Origin: Candidatus Minusculum obligatum
GTDB lineage: Bacteria; Patescibacteriota; Minisyncoccia; Phycocordibacterales; Phycocordibacteraceae
Direction: 5' to 3'
Length of the DNA stretch: 64,000 nucleotides
NCBI GenBank assembly: GCA_045401155.1
Contig: CP174360.1
Location: 233,403 to 297,402, forward strand
Position numbers and translations under genes: made by a program. Position 1 is the stretch's first letter; every line of letters begins with the position of its first letter. Below are positions 48,399 through 56,420 of the stretch, one piece after another. Below the pieces are notes generated by a model. It searched no databases and was not told the DNA's origin. It saw nothing but the letters and a program-made list of their open reading frames with translations.

Positions 48399-49142
48399 TT
48401 AGTTGGTTACGGTGATTTTTACAAATGCGCCGTTATTATTCTCATCTGATTCAGTGACACCGTTATTCTGGTCTACTGCAACTGAGATTTGTAGATCTTC
48501 TCCAACCTTAGATCGGTCAAATCCGATTACGTACTCAATCTTTTCTCCAGGGAGAAGGTTTTGTACATGCTGCTCTTGTCCTTCAAAGATATACGTAGTC
48601 TCTGTAGGCATCACAACATTGAATCGCCAGTTAGTTCCAGTCTCCTTAGTTCCATTGTTTGCTACCTGGAACTTTACTGCAATTCGATCATTTTTTACAA
48701 GATCTGATGTTGGAATAAAGTTTTCTGCTTGTACTCCTCCTACAAGTTTTCCTGTAGCAAGGATTGTTGGCACAAGGTCTGCCAATCCATTTGGATCTGA
48801 CACTGGAGATGGGTTCTGAGTAATTACCTCAGTATCCTCATTTCCTGGTGTAGGAGTAACTGGTGTTGTAGGAGCCTCTGGCTCCTCAGTTTCTTCCTCT
48901 TTATCTTCAAGTACGATAGGGAAGTTTGTATTTGGTGTCTCTGTGTCTACTACAATGACATTCTCATCTTGTACAAAGATAGATGTCACACCAATTACAG
49001 TCGCTGATAGCCCTTCTACTGCTCCATTAACAATAGTTGGTACAAATCGTGCTGCATTTCCCGCAAGTACTACGGCCAAAGTAAGTAGGGTAATGAACCC
49101 AACTACTGCAAGACCATTTACTGCTGCTTGTTTTGTTTCCAT
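48399..49142 (-). CDS. Membrane-anchored protein with CARDB (Ig-like) domain
   Basis: N-terminal TM, Pro/Thr linker, ADLVP...VANNGT...VDQNNGVTESDENNN. Confidence 0.8.
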   Translation of the reverse strand: METKQAAVNGLAVVGFITLLTLAVVLAGNAARFVPTIVNGAVEGLSATVIGVTSIFVQDENVIVVDTETPNTNFPIVLEDKEEETEEPEAPTTPVTPTPGNEDTEVITQNPSPVSDPNGLADLVPTILATGKLVGGVQAENFIPTSDLVKNDRIAVKFQVANNGTKETGTNWRFNVVMPTETTYIFEGQEQHVQNLLPGEKIEYVIGFDRSKVGEDLQISVAVDQNNGVTESDENNNGAFVKITVTN

Positions 49143-49255
49143 ATTGCTTATAACGCTCACAAATAATGTGGCAGATTTTTACCATACACAAAGTATAATG
49201 TCAAGGAAGGGGGATTTGCGTGCTCTTGACATTGGGCATGTTTTCGTGTATTAAT

Positions 49256-49948
49256 ATGCCGGTAGATATGAGCGACATGAGCACTAAAGCAAACGGTTTC
49301 GCGTACGTGCTAGGTACGATTTTCAAGAACAAATGGAAGTTCTTGGCTTTTTCAGTACTAGCCTTCATCTTTTTTGTATGGATTCTTGGGAAGCTAGATC
49401 TTCTTCCAGAACCTGATACATCAAAGAGTTTAAGTACGATTACGATTGCGTCTGCGGCTGCAGCATTTCCTGTAGTTACAGATGTTGAGGAAGTTGTTGT
49501 TCCGGAAAAGCCACTTCGGGTGTCTATTCCGTCGCTTGATATTGATGTGCGTGTTAACAACCCGTACAAGAGTGATATTAAGACACTTGATGCTGCACTG
49601 TATGACGGTGTGGTGCGGTACCCAGGATCTGGAATGCTTGGAGAGAATGGAAACGTTGTTATCTTCGGGCACAGCTCATACCTTCCGGTAGTGAAGAATG
49701 AATACTTTAAAGCATTTAATGGTGTTCAGAAGCTTTCTACAGGAGATGTGATTGAGGTATACGGACTTGATACCGTGTATCGATATGAGGTTGCGTCTGT
49801 ATATGAGGCGGATGCCACAGATACACGCATTGCTCTTAGTAAGGATAGTAAGAAGCTAACGCTTTCTACATGTAATTCATTTGGTGATTTAAATGACCGA
49901 TATGTAGTAGAGGCGTACTTCGTGGGAAGCACACAGATTTCTTCTTAG
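49256..49948 (+). CDS. Sortase
   Basis: TM anchor; GNVVIFGHSS (His), LTLSTC (Cys), DRYVVEA (Arg). Confidence 0.9.
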   Translation: MPVDMSDMSTKANGFAYVLGTIFKNKWKFLAFSVLAFIFFVWILGKLDLLPEPDTSKSLSTITIASAAAAFPVVTDVEEVVVPEKPLRVSIPSLDIDVRVNNPYKSDIKTLDAALYDGVVRYPGSGMLGENGNVVIFGHSSYLPVVKNEYFKAFNGVQKLSTGDVIEVYGLDTVYRYEVASVYEADATDTRIALSKDSKKLTLSTCNSFGDLNDRYVVEAYFVGSTQISS

Positions 49949-50037
49949 AGATCTGTGTGCTCTCCGTGAGGGAGAGTGGAAAGAACATTACAATTGTCGC
50001 CGAGAATATCGGCGACGCAATAGAGAGGAGAATCGAG

Positions 50038-51183
50038 ATGTTCAAATATCTCGCACTCGCCGCGTCGCTGGTCTTTGGACTGGCGACGCCCGCAATTGCT
50101 CAAGTCGGCATGCCTATGTCGTATGAGCTCATGTCTCGTCCAGATGATGGATACTCCCAAGATGATCTCTTTGAGATCCGGGAGCGCCTTATCGTTCAGA
50201 TCGAAGCTTCGCTTCGTCTGGATCCGCTCGGAGACGCCTATATCGTCGGAACTCCGTGTTCGACGCCGAATGACTTTTTTCGTGCGTTTCGGGAATACCA
50301 TCCTGAACACGCTCCGGAAAATGTCGAAGATCTTCCGAGGTTCTTGCGTACGCTTCAACTGATGCGTGCACAAGAGCTCGGAATTCAGGGTGACACGTAT
50401 GCGTCTACGCGCATGATGTGTCACTCTGCAGATTCTTCTTCTTCGGAAGATGAGTTGGATCTCGAAGGTGTCGAGCGAGCCGTGCGTCTGAATGAGTTCG
50501 TGTGGGTTCACCCCAATGGCTCAGTCATGATGCTCGGGGATTGTTCGAACATTGTTCGGGCTCCGGTTACCTCCCAAGAAGCTTCGCCTGTTCCGCCGGC
50601 TCTTGAGGAGCCGTGGTACCAGCAGTGCCTGTTTGTTCCCGTCGGAACACGTCGGGGTGCGTCCTATCAATGGGCACATTTCCTACGCGAACCGATCCCC
50701 GGATCAAACTCGCAGACTTGTCGGGTGCTTTGTCAGGGCGTCTTGCGCAATGACGGAACGCCCCTGGTGGTTGAGGACACATGCATTCGTGCACCGCGTC
50801 CTTGTCAGGATTGCGAATGGGGCGAACAGCCTATTCCTTCGAGGTTTGAGGTTCAGGACAGCTCCCAGTGGGATGCTGAATGGGACCTCACCATGATCGG
50901 CATTAGTGTCGATGATGCACGTCTTGGTGGATACTTCGCAATCTGTGGCTATCAGGATGATCGTGAGCGTACCGGGGTTCCAATTTTTGAACCCAACGAG
51001 CTCGCCGATGCTGCGGATGCCGGAGTCTGGAATCAGGGGATTGTTGTTCCGTACTGGAATCGCGGTCCTACTCGTCAGATGCAGGCAGTGTTCCGTGTTG
51101 GCGACCTGGTGTACTTCCAGGATCGTCGCGGAAACGTCGAGGTTCGGGAAGATCCTTTGGATTTTTCTCGAGGTAATGAGTAG
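50038..51183 (+). CDS. Secreted Cys-rich hypothetical protein, higher GC than its flanks
   Basis: GAGAGGAG SD; signal peptide MFKYLALAASLVFGLATPAIA; hairpin TGTCCGGGCAG-GAAA-CTGTCCGGACA downstream. Confidence 0.65.
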   Translation: MFKYLALAASLVFGLATPAIAQVGMPMSYELMSRPDDGYSQDDLFEIRERLIVQIEASLRLDPLGDAYIVGTPCSTPNDFFRAFREYHPEHAPENVEDLPRFLRTLQLMRAQELGIQGDTYASTRMMCHSADSSSSEDELDLEGVERAVRLNEFVWVHPNGSVMMLGDCSNIVRAPVTSQEASPVPPALEEPWYQQCLFVPVGTRRGASYQWAHFLREPIPGSNSQTCRVLCQGVLRNDGTPLVVEDTCIRAPRPCQDCEWGEQPIPSRFEVQDSSQWDAEWDLTMIGISVDDARLGGYFAICGYQDDRERTGVPIFEPNELADAADAGVWNQGIVVPYWNRGPTRQMQAVFRVGDLVYFQDRRGNVEVREDPLDFSRGNE

Positions 51184-51232
51184 CATTCGTGTCCGGGCAG
51201 GAAACTGTCCGGACACATCACCTCTCTTTTTT

Positions 51233-54073
51233 ATGATTATGATTTCAAAACCAACAAATATTCTAAGTTATGCAAAAGCACATCCGATTAAATCGGGGTT
51301 ACTTGCTGTGTTTACATTTTTTACGATTCTAGGAACTGGTTTTGGAACACTTTATGTTGTTGCGCCCGACACAGCAGAGGCTGTGCTAGTTGGTAACCCT
51401 TGTTGTACAACTGGTTGGGATCCTTGGGGGCCAGGAGGATGGAATCCTGAACCTGTTATTGATCCAGGATTTCCTGGTGGAGGCGGAGGTGGGGGAACTG
51501 TTCCTGCGCCAGTGTGTTCTCTTACTGTAAATCCAACTTCAATTGTTGAGGGTGATTCGGCAACACTTACGTGGGTAACACGATACGCAGATCTTCTTGC
51601 AATTGATAATAGTATTGGGAACCTTTCTGAGATTACAGGATCAGTAAGTGTTTCTCCTACAGAAACGACAACATATACGCTTGTGGCTCAAAACAGTTAT
51701 ACAGGGCGAACTGTTGAGTGTAATGCAACAGTTACGGTTACTGAGCCACCTGTAGTGCCAGTGTGTACGCTAAACGTAAATCCATCAGCTATTGAGCGAG
51801 GGGGCAGCGCAACCATTTCTTGGACAACTACAAATGGATCAACATTCCGTATTGGAGGTATCGGTGATCTAACTCCAGTATCTGGAGGATCAACCGAGGT
51901 TACTCCAGTTGCTGCAGGTACCTATACATATGTTGGAGTTGTAACGAGTGCAGATGGAAGTACTGCAACGTGTGAAGACACACTTACTGTTACTCCTCCA
52001 ATTGTTGTAAATCCACCAGTGTGTACGCTTGATATTGTTCAAGACACAATTACGATTGGTGAAAAAATCAATATTGATTGGGAGACACGTCATGCGAATA
52101 CTTTTAGTATTGATAATGGAGTGGGAGACATAAATCTTTGGACAGATCCAATTGCGAGTGGATCAGTTTCAACTACTCCAGGTTCAGAAGGGACCATTAC
52201 GTATACAGGAACTGCAACAAATACAGATGGAGATACGGTTGAGTGTTCAGACACGGTAACCGTGCTTCCAATTGGGATTGATACGCCAGCATGTACGCTA
52301 ACAGCAGATAAGTTCTCACTACTTCCTGGTGAGACCACAACTATTCGATGGACGCTTATAAACGTTACAGAAGCAACACTACAGCATCTAGACGCGGTGC
52401 AGATCATCGATCCTACAGATGGATCTCAGTCTGCAGTTGCGGGTACGTATACGCTTCGAGCTGGGAATGGTCTAGCGAGTGTTGAGTGTGAGGTAACCAT
52501 TGTACGGGTTACAGTAGATGCGCCAGCATGTACGCTAACTGCAGATAAACTCTCACTACTCCCAGGAGAAACAACTACCATTAATTGGACTATTGAGAAT
52601 GCCACAGAGGCGACACTACAGCATCTAGACGCGGTACAGATTATTGATCCTACAGATGGATCCCAGTCTGCAGTTGCAGGTACGTACACACTTTCAGTTG
52701 GAAACGGAACGTTGTCTGAAACATGTGAAGTTACAATTGTGCGTATTACTCCAGGAACACTCAGTTGTGATCTAAATATTGATCGAGCAATTATTCGTTC
52801 TGGTGAGACTGCTGAAATTAGCTGGACCACAAACGAGGCGGTAAGTTTTGAGATTAATGGAGAAGACAAACCCCTTAATGGTTCTGAGACTATTCAACCG
52901 CTTGGTGTACAGATCCACACATACACGGGAATTGCGACTGATGCAGATGGAAATACAGTTGAGTGTGAAGACACTGTTCAAGTAACTGGAGGTTCAGGAG
53001 GTGGAGGTCTTTCGTGTGCGATGAGTTTTGATCGATCTGCAATTCGAGCAGGGCAATCAGCAACACTTCGTTGGGAGGTGCGCAATGCCGATGTTAATAC
53101 TATTGAGATCAATCAAGGTATTGGAAATGTAGCACCGCTTGCTTCAGAGGAGGTTCGTCGAAGCGATACTGGTACACATGAGTACGTTCTTACCGCTCGA
53201 GGAGATGGAGATCAGGTTACGTGTCGAGCGACACTAACTGTTTCAGGTGGATCAGGATGTTCTGGAAACTGTGGAGGTGGATCTACACCACAGATCAGTA
53301 TTGATTTCCTTAAGACTCCTGGAGAGCAGGCGCTTGCCTTCGTGACTCTTTCACAGATTCCATATACTGGACTTGAGCTAGGTCCTGTTGGAGCCGTAAT
53401 TTACTGGGTATTCCTAATTGTATGGAGTGGTGCTGTTGCATATCTTGTACTGTTTAAGGCTCTTCCATTTGCACGTCGAAAGCTTGTGATGGTTGGAGAA
53501 GACGTAATGGAGGTGCTTGATGCAAGTAAAGAGGATACAATGTACGCATCTATGCCAGAGGAAAAAGAGCACGTGGAATTTCTACCAAACCAGAAAGGGG
53601 ATGATGCGCTATCTGTAGAAGATATCGTACGTGGCCTCTCACGTATGCATAAGGAAAAGGCTCCAGAGGAGAATGTGCTTGATGAGATAGATGTTGCTGC
53701 TGAGATGGAGCTTCCTCCAGTTGAGAAGGTTGCACCAGTTACTAGTGGGGAAGATATGCGTCTTCTAAATGCAATTATCTCAGGTGATAAGGATGCAAGC
53801 TTTGGAATTCTTCGACGAGTTATCCGAAATGGTGCTCGAGCAGAGGATCTATTTGAAAAAGTCCTTGTGCATCTTGATAGCGCATACCGAGCACGTGTTG
53901 ATGGTGCGTATGTAGATGAAGATGTGCGTCGAGCAACCGCATCTCTCGACACAGCACTTCTTGAGGAGGTTATTACCGCACTTGCTCCGGCAATTGATAC
54001 AACCTACTCACATGCACAAACTGGTGCAAAACTTGCACTTACTCGAGTGCATCAGGTGATTGCGCGTGGTTAA
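51233..54073 (+). CDS. Cell-surface protein with Cys-containing Ig-like repeats, LPxTG-like sorting motif and large cytoplasmic tail
   Basis: N-terminal TM; repeated PxCxL...W modules; IPYTG at 53357-53371, then a TM and RRK; about 200 further residues. Confidence 0.75.
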   Translation: MIMISKPTNILSYAKAHPIKSGLLAVFTFFTILGTGFGTLYVVAPDTAEAVLVGNPCCTTGWDPWGPGGWNPEPVIDPGFPGGGGGGGTVPAPVCSLTVNPTSIVEGDSATLTWVTRYADLLAIDNSIGNLSEITGSVSVSPTETTTYTLVAQNSYTGRTVECNATVTVTEPPVVPVCTLNVNPSAIERGGSATISWTTTNGSTFRIGGIGDLTPVSGGSTEVTPVAAGTYTYVGVVTSADGSTATCEDTLTVTPPIVVNPPVCTLDIVQDTITIGEKINIDWETRHANTFSIDNGVGDINLWTDPIASGSVSTTPGSEGTITYTGTATNTDGDTVECSDTVTVLPIGIDTPACTLTADKFSLLPGETTTIRWTLINVTEATLQHLDAVQIIDPTDGSQSAVAGTYTLRAGNGLASVECEVTIVRVTVDAPACTLTADKLSLLPGETTTINWTIENATEATLQHLDAVQIIDPTDGSQSAVAGTYTLSVGNGTLSETCEVTIVRITPGTLSCDLNIDRAIIRSGETAEISWTTNEAVSFEINGEDKPLNGSETIQPLGVQIHTYTGIATDADGNTVECEDTVQVTGGSGGGGLSCAMSFDRSAIRAGQSATLRWEVRNADVNTIEINQGIGNVAPLASEEVRRSDTGTHEYVLTARGDGDQVTCRATLTVSGGSGCSGNCGGGSTPQISIDFLKTPGEQALAFVTLSQIPYTGLELGPVGAVIYWVFLIVWSGAVAYLVLFKALPFARRKLVMVGEDVMEVLDASKEDTMYASMPEEKEHVEFLPNQKGDDALSVEDIVRGLSRMHKEKAPEENVLDEIDVAAEMELPPVEKVAPVTSGEDMRLLNAIISGDKDASFGILRRVIRNGARAEDLFEKVLVHLDSAYRARVDGAYVDEDVRRATASLDTALLEEVITALAPAIDTTYSHAQTGAKLALTRVHQVIARG
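52284..52757 (+). repeat. Tandem 237-bp (79-aa) intragenic duplication
   Basis: PACTLTADK(F/L)SLLPGETTTI.WT..N.TEATLQHLDAVQIIDPTDGSQSAVAGTYTL occurs twice. Confidence 0.85.
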
Positions 54074-54093
54074 TCACTATATTTAACCGATGT

Positions 54094-54127
54094 ACAAAAA
54101 GAGCGTCCATATGGACGCTCTTTTTGT
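54094..54127. terminator. Bidirectional terminator
   Basis: ACAAAAAGAGCGTCC-ATAT-GGACGCTCTTTTTGT. Confidence 0.85.
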
Positions 54128-55881
54128 TATTGTTTTGGCGCTAGAAGCCTTCCGTCTCTTTCCTCTCTAAGTTTTTCTACTGCCGCATCAATTGAAAGCG
54201 GGTCAAGTTTTCCAAGATCTCGGTGTTCAAGAATAATTTCATCACTCTCAACCTCCTTGTCTCCGAGCACGATCATGTACGGTACGTACTGTCCTTTAAA
54301 TGCATATAGTCGCTTACCAAGAGATGTGTCTTCTTTGTTTATGTTTGCACGAAGGCCAGCATCCTCAAGCTTTTGTTTTAGCTCCTCTGCTTTCTCATGG
54401 TGCGCCTCAGCTACGGGCACAATTCCAACTTGTACAGGTGAGAGCCATAGAGGGAATTTTCCAGCAAAGTGTTCGATCGCAACTCCAAGGAACCGCTCAA
54501 GAGATCCAGAGATGGCTCGGTGGATCATCACTGGGCGCTTCTTAGACCCATCTTTGTCCGTGTATTCAAGTTCAAATCGTTCTGGAAGGTTGAAATCAAG
54601 CTGTGCAGTTGCAAGCTGCCACTCTCGTCCAATTGCATCTGTTGCAATGAAGTCGATCTTTGGTCCATAGAATGCTGCCTCACCAACACCAATTTCAAAT
54701 GTCTGTCCCACAGCCTCAATACATTCTTTTAGTGTATTAATTGAGCTCTCCCATAGTTTCTCATCTCCAAGGTAGTTCTCTGGTTTCTCAGGATCATTTG
54801 TAGATAGGCGAATACGAAGGGGCATATCAAATACCTCATAGTACTTAGTGATGATATCGTAAATTGCGAGCACCTCATCCTTTACTTGGTCCTCGGTACA
54901 AAATACGTGTGCATCGTCTTGTGTAATGCTTCGTACACGTGTAAGTCCTGCAAGTTGTCCTGTATTCTCGTCTCGATATACGGTTGTTACTTCAGAGTAT
55001 CGAATAGGAAGATCTTTGTACGATCGGGGAGATGAAGCAAAGATCTGCGTGTGGTGCGGACAGTTCATGGGCTTCATGATGAACTCATCACTTGTTTTCT
55101 TGCTTTTTACAAAGAAGATATCATCTGCAAATTTATCGTAGTGGCCGCTTGTTTTGTATAGATCACACTTTGCCATGTGAGGGATATTTACACGCTCATA
55201 CCCATACGGCTTCATGAGGCTCCATACAAAGTCTTCAAGCTCCTTACGCATGATATTTCCTTTAGGGGTGAAAAGGGGGAGTCCGCTTCCCACAAGAGGA
55301 GAAAAGGCGAATAGGTCTAGTTCTTTTCCGATCTTTCGGTGATCCCGCTTCTTTGCCTCTTCTTGCTGCTCCTTGTACTTTTCAAGGTCTTCTTTTGTCT
55401 CAAATGCGATTCCATATACACGGGTAAGCATCTGATTATTCTCATCTGCTTGCCAGTATGCACCAGCAACATTGCTCAGCATGAATGACTCAGGATCAAT
55501 GTCTTTTGAGGATTCTACGTGTGGTCCTTCACAAAGGTCAGTAAAGGTTCCGATTGTATATGTGGTGATCTTTTCTCCTGCAGTATTGATTTTCTCGATC
55601 AACTCAAGTTTGTATGGCTGATCTTTAAATCGCTGCTTTGCGTCATCGTATGAAATCTCATGCATCTCTGGAGTAAATCCTTCTTTAAGGATCTCGCGCA
55701 TAATTTCTTCTAGTTTTGGAAGATCTTCAGGAGAGATAGGGTTTTGAAGCTCTACGTCGTAGTAGAAACCATTATCTGTTGCGGGTCCCGTTCCGAATTT
55801 CGCTGTCTCATCATGTTCTAGAATTGCGCCAGCTAATACGTGGGCAAGTGAGTGTCTGATCTTTAAAAGTTTTTCTTCCAT
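54127..55881 (-). CDS. thrS: Threonine-tRNA ligase (lacks the TGS domain)
   Basis: IRHSLAH, DLCEGPHV, KRDHRKIG, KPMNCPHH, GEAAFYGPKID, MIHRA. Confidence 0.97.
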   Translation of the reverse strand: MEEKLLKIRHSLAHVLAGAILEHDETAKFGTGPATDNGFYYDVELQNPISPEDLPKLEEIMREILKEGFTPEMHEISYDDAKQRFKDQPYKLELIEKINTAGEKITTYTIGTFTDLCEGPHVESSKDIDPESFMLSNVAGAYWQADENNQMLTRVYGIAFETKEDLEKYKEQQEEAKKRDHRKIGKELDLFAFSPLVGSGLPLFTPKGNIMRKELEDFVWSLMKPYGYERVNIPHMAKCDLYKTSGHYDKFADDIFFVKSKKTSDEFIMKPMNCPHHTQIFASSPRSYKDLPIRYSEVTTVYRDENTGQLAGLTRVRSITQDDAHVFCTEDQVKDEVLAIYDIITKYYEVFDMPLRIRLSTNDPEKPENYLGDEKLWESSINTLKECIEAVGQTFEIGVGEAAFYGPKIDFIATDAIGREWQLATAQLDFNLPERFELEYTDKDGSKKRPVMIHRAISGSLERFLGVAIEHFAGKFPLWLSPVQVGIVPVAEAHHEKAEELKQKLEDAGLRANINKEDTSLGKRLYAFKGQYVPYMIVLGDKEVESDEIILEHRDLGKLDPLSIDAAVEKLREERDGRLLAPKQ

Positions 55882-55900
55882 ATACTGTGTACTATACAAC

Positions 55901-55928
55901 GAAATGCGGCCTCTGGAGGCCGCATTTC
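55901..55928 (-). terminator. Attenuator hairpin upstream of thrS
   Basis: On the - strand GAAATGCGGCCTC-CA-GAGGCCGCATTTC, followed by GTTGT (weak U tract). Confidence 0.65.
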
Positions 55929-55957
55929 ATCTTTGAACTACAACCACCAGGGGGCGT

Positions 55958-55993
55958 CTACACGGTAGTAGTTGTTGTAGTTGTGTTATTCAT
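55958..55993 (-). CDS. Thr-rich leader peptide MNNTTTTTTTV (thrL-like)
   Basis: ATG AAT AAC ACA ACT ACA ACA ACT ACT ACC GTG TAG, directly upstream of thrS. Confidence 0.85.
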   Translation of the reverse strand: MNNTTTTTTTV

Positions 55994-56006
55994 AATCAAT
56001 ATCTAA

Positions 56007-56034
56007 AAGGTAGCAGATGGGAGAGGGAAGTCAA
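56007..56034 (-). promoter_or_regulatory. Promoter of the thr leader/thrS transcript
   Basis: TTGACT-N16-(TGC)TACCTT on the - strand. Confidence 0.55.
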
Positions 56035-56082
56035 TAATAAAGGGCGTCGCGGTATGTTGCGGCGCCCCAAAACAGAGGTGCG

Positions 56083-56370
56083 TTAAGCGATTGTTGCCTC
56101 GATTGCCTCGAGGACAATTTCTCGAAATGATTTACTGCCTTTACTCGAGAGTAAAAGCAGGTTTCCACCAAGACTCTCAACGTGTTCTACGAACGTGTCC
56201 CAGTAGAGTTCTGGACCTTTGCAGATCATGTTGATTGCCTTAATGTGGTCCCCGTTTTTTGCCTCCTTAAGGATCGGGGAGAAAAATTGTTGTTTAGCTC
56301 GCCATTCTTCCGAAAATGATTTTAGGAATATGGTGACGGGCTCGAAGGTGATTGAAAACTTTTCAAGCAC
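56083..56370 (-). CDS. Hypothetical protein
   Basis: 95-aa ORF with a GAGAGGA SD-like motif upstream and a GC hairpin at 56042-56068 downstream. Confidence 0.5.
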   Translation of the reverse strand: MLEKFSITFEPVTIFLKSFSEEWRAKQQFFSPILKEAKNGDHIKAINMICKGPELYWDTFVEHVESLGGNLLLLSSKGSKSFREIVLEAIEATIA

Positions 56371-56420
56371 TGTTCCTCTCCCAGTTGCCTGTTTGTAAAG
56401 TAAAACATTTTATAGAAAAG

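Noticed and set aside
50906-51232. N-terminal extension of the 1055-aa ORF
   Set aside because: Overlaps the upstream gene and its hairpin; the true start is more likely 51233 or 51239.
55881-56034. T-box riboswitch for thrS
   Set aside because: The leader is too short and has no T-box consensus; a Thr-codon uORF explains the region better.
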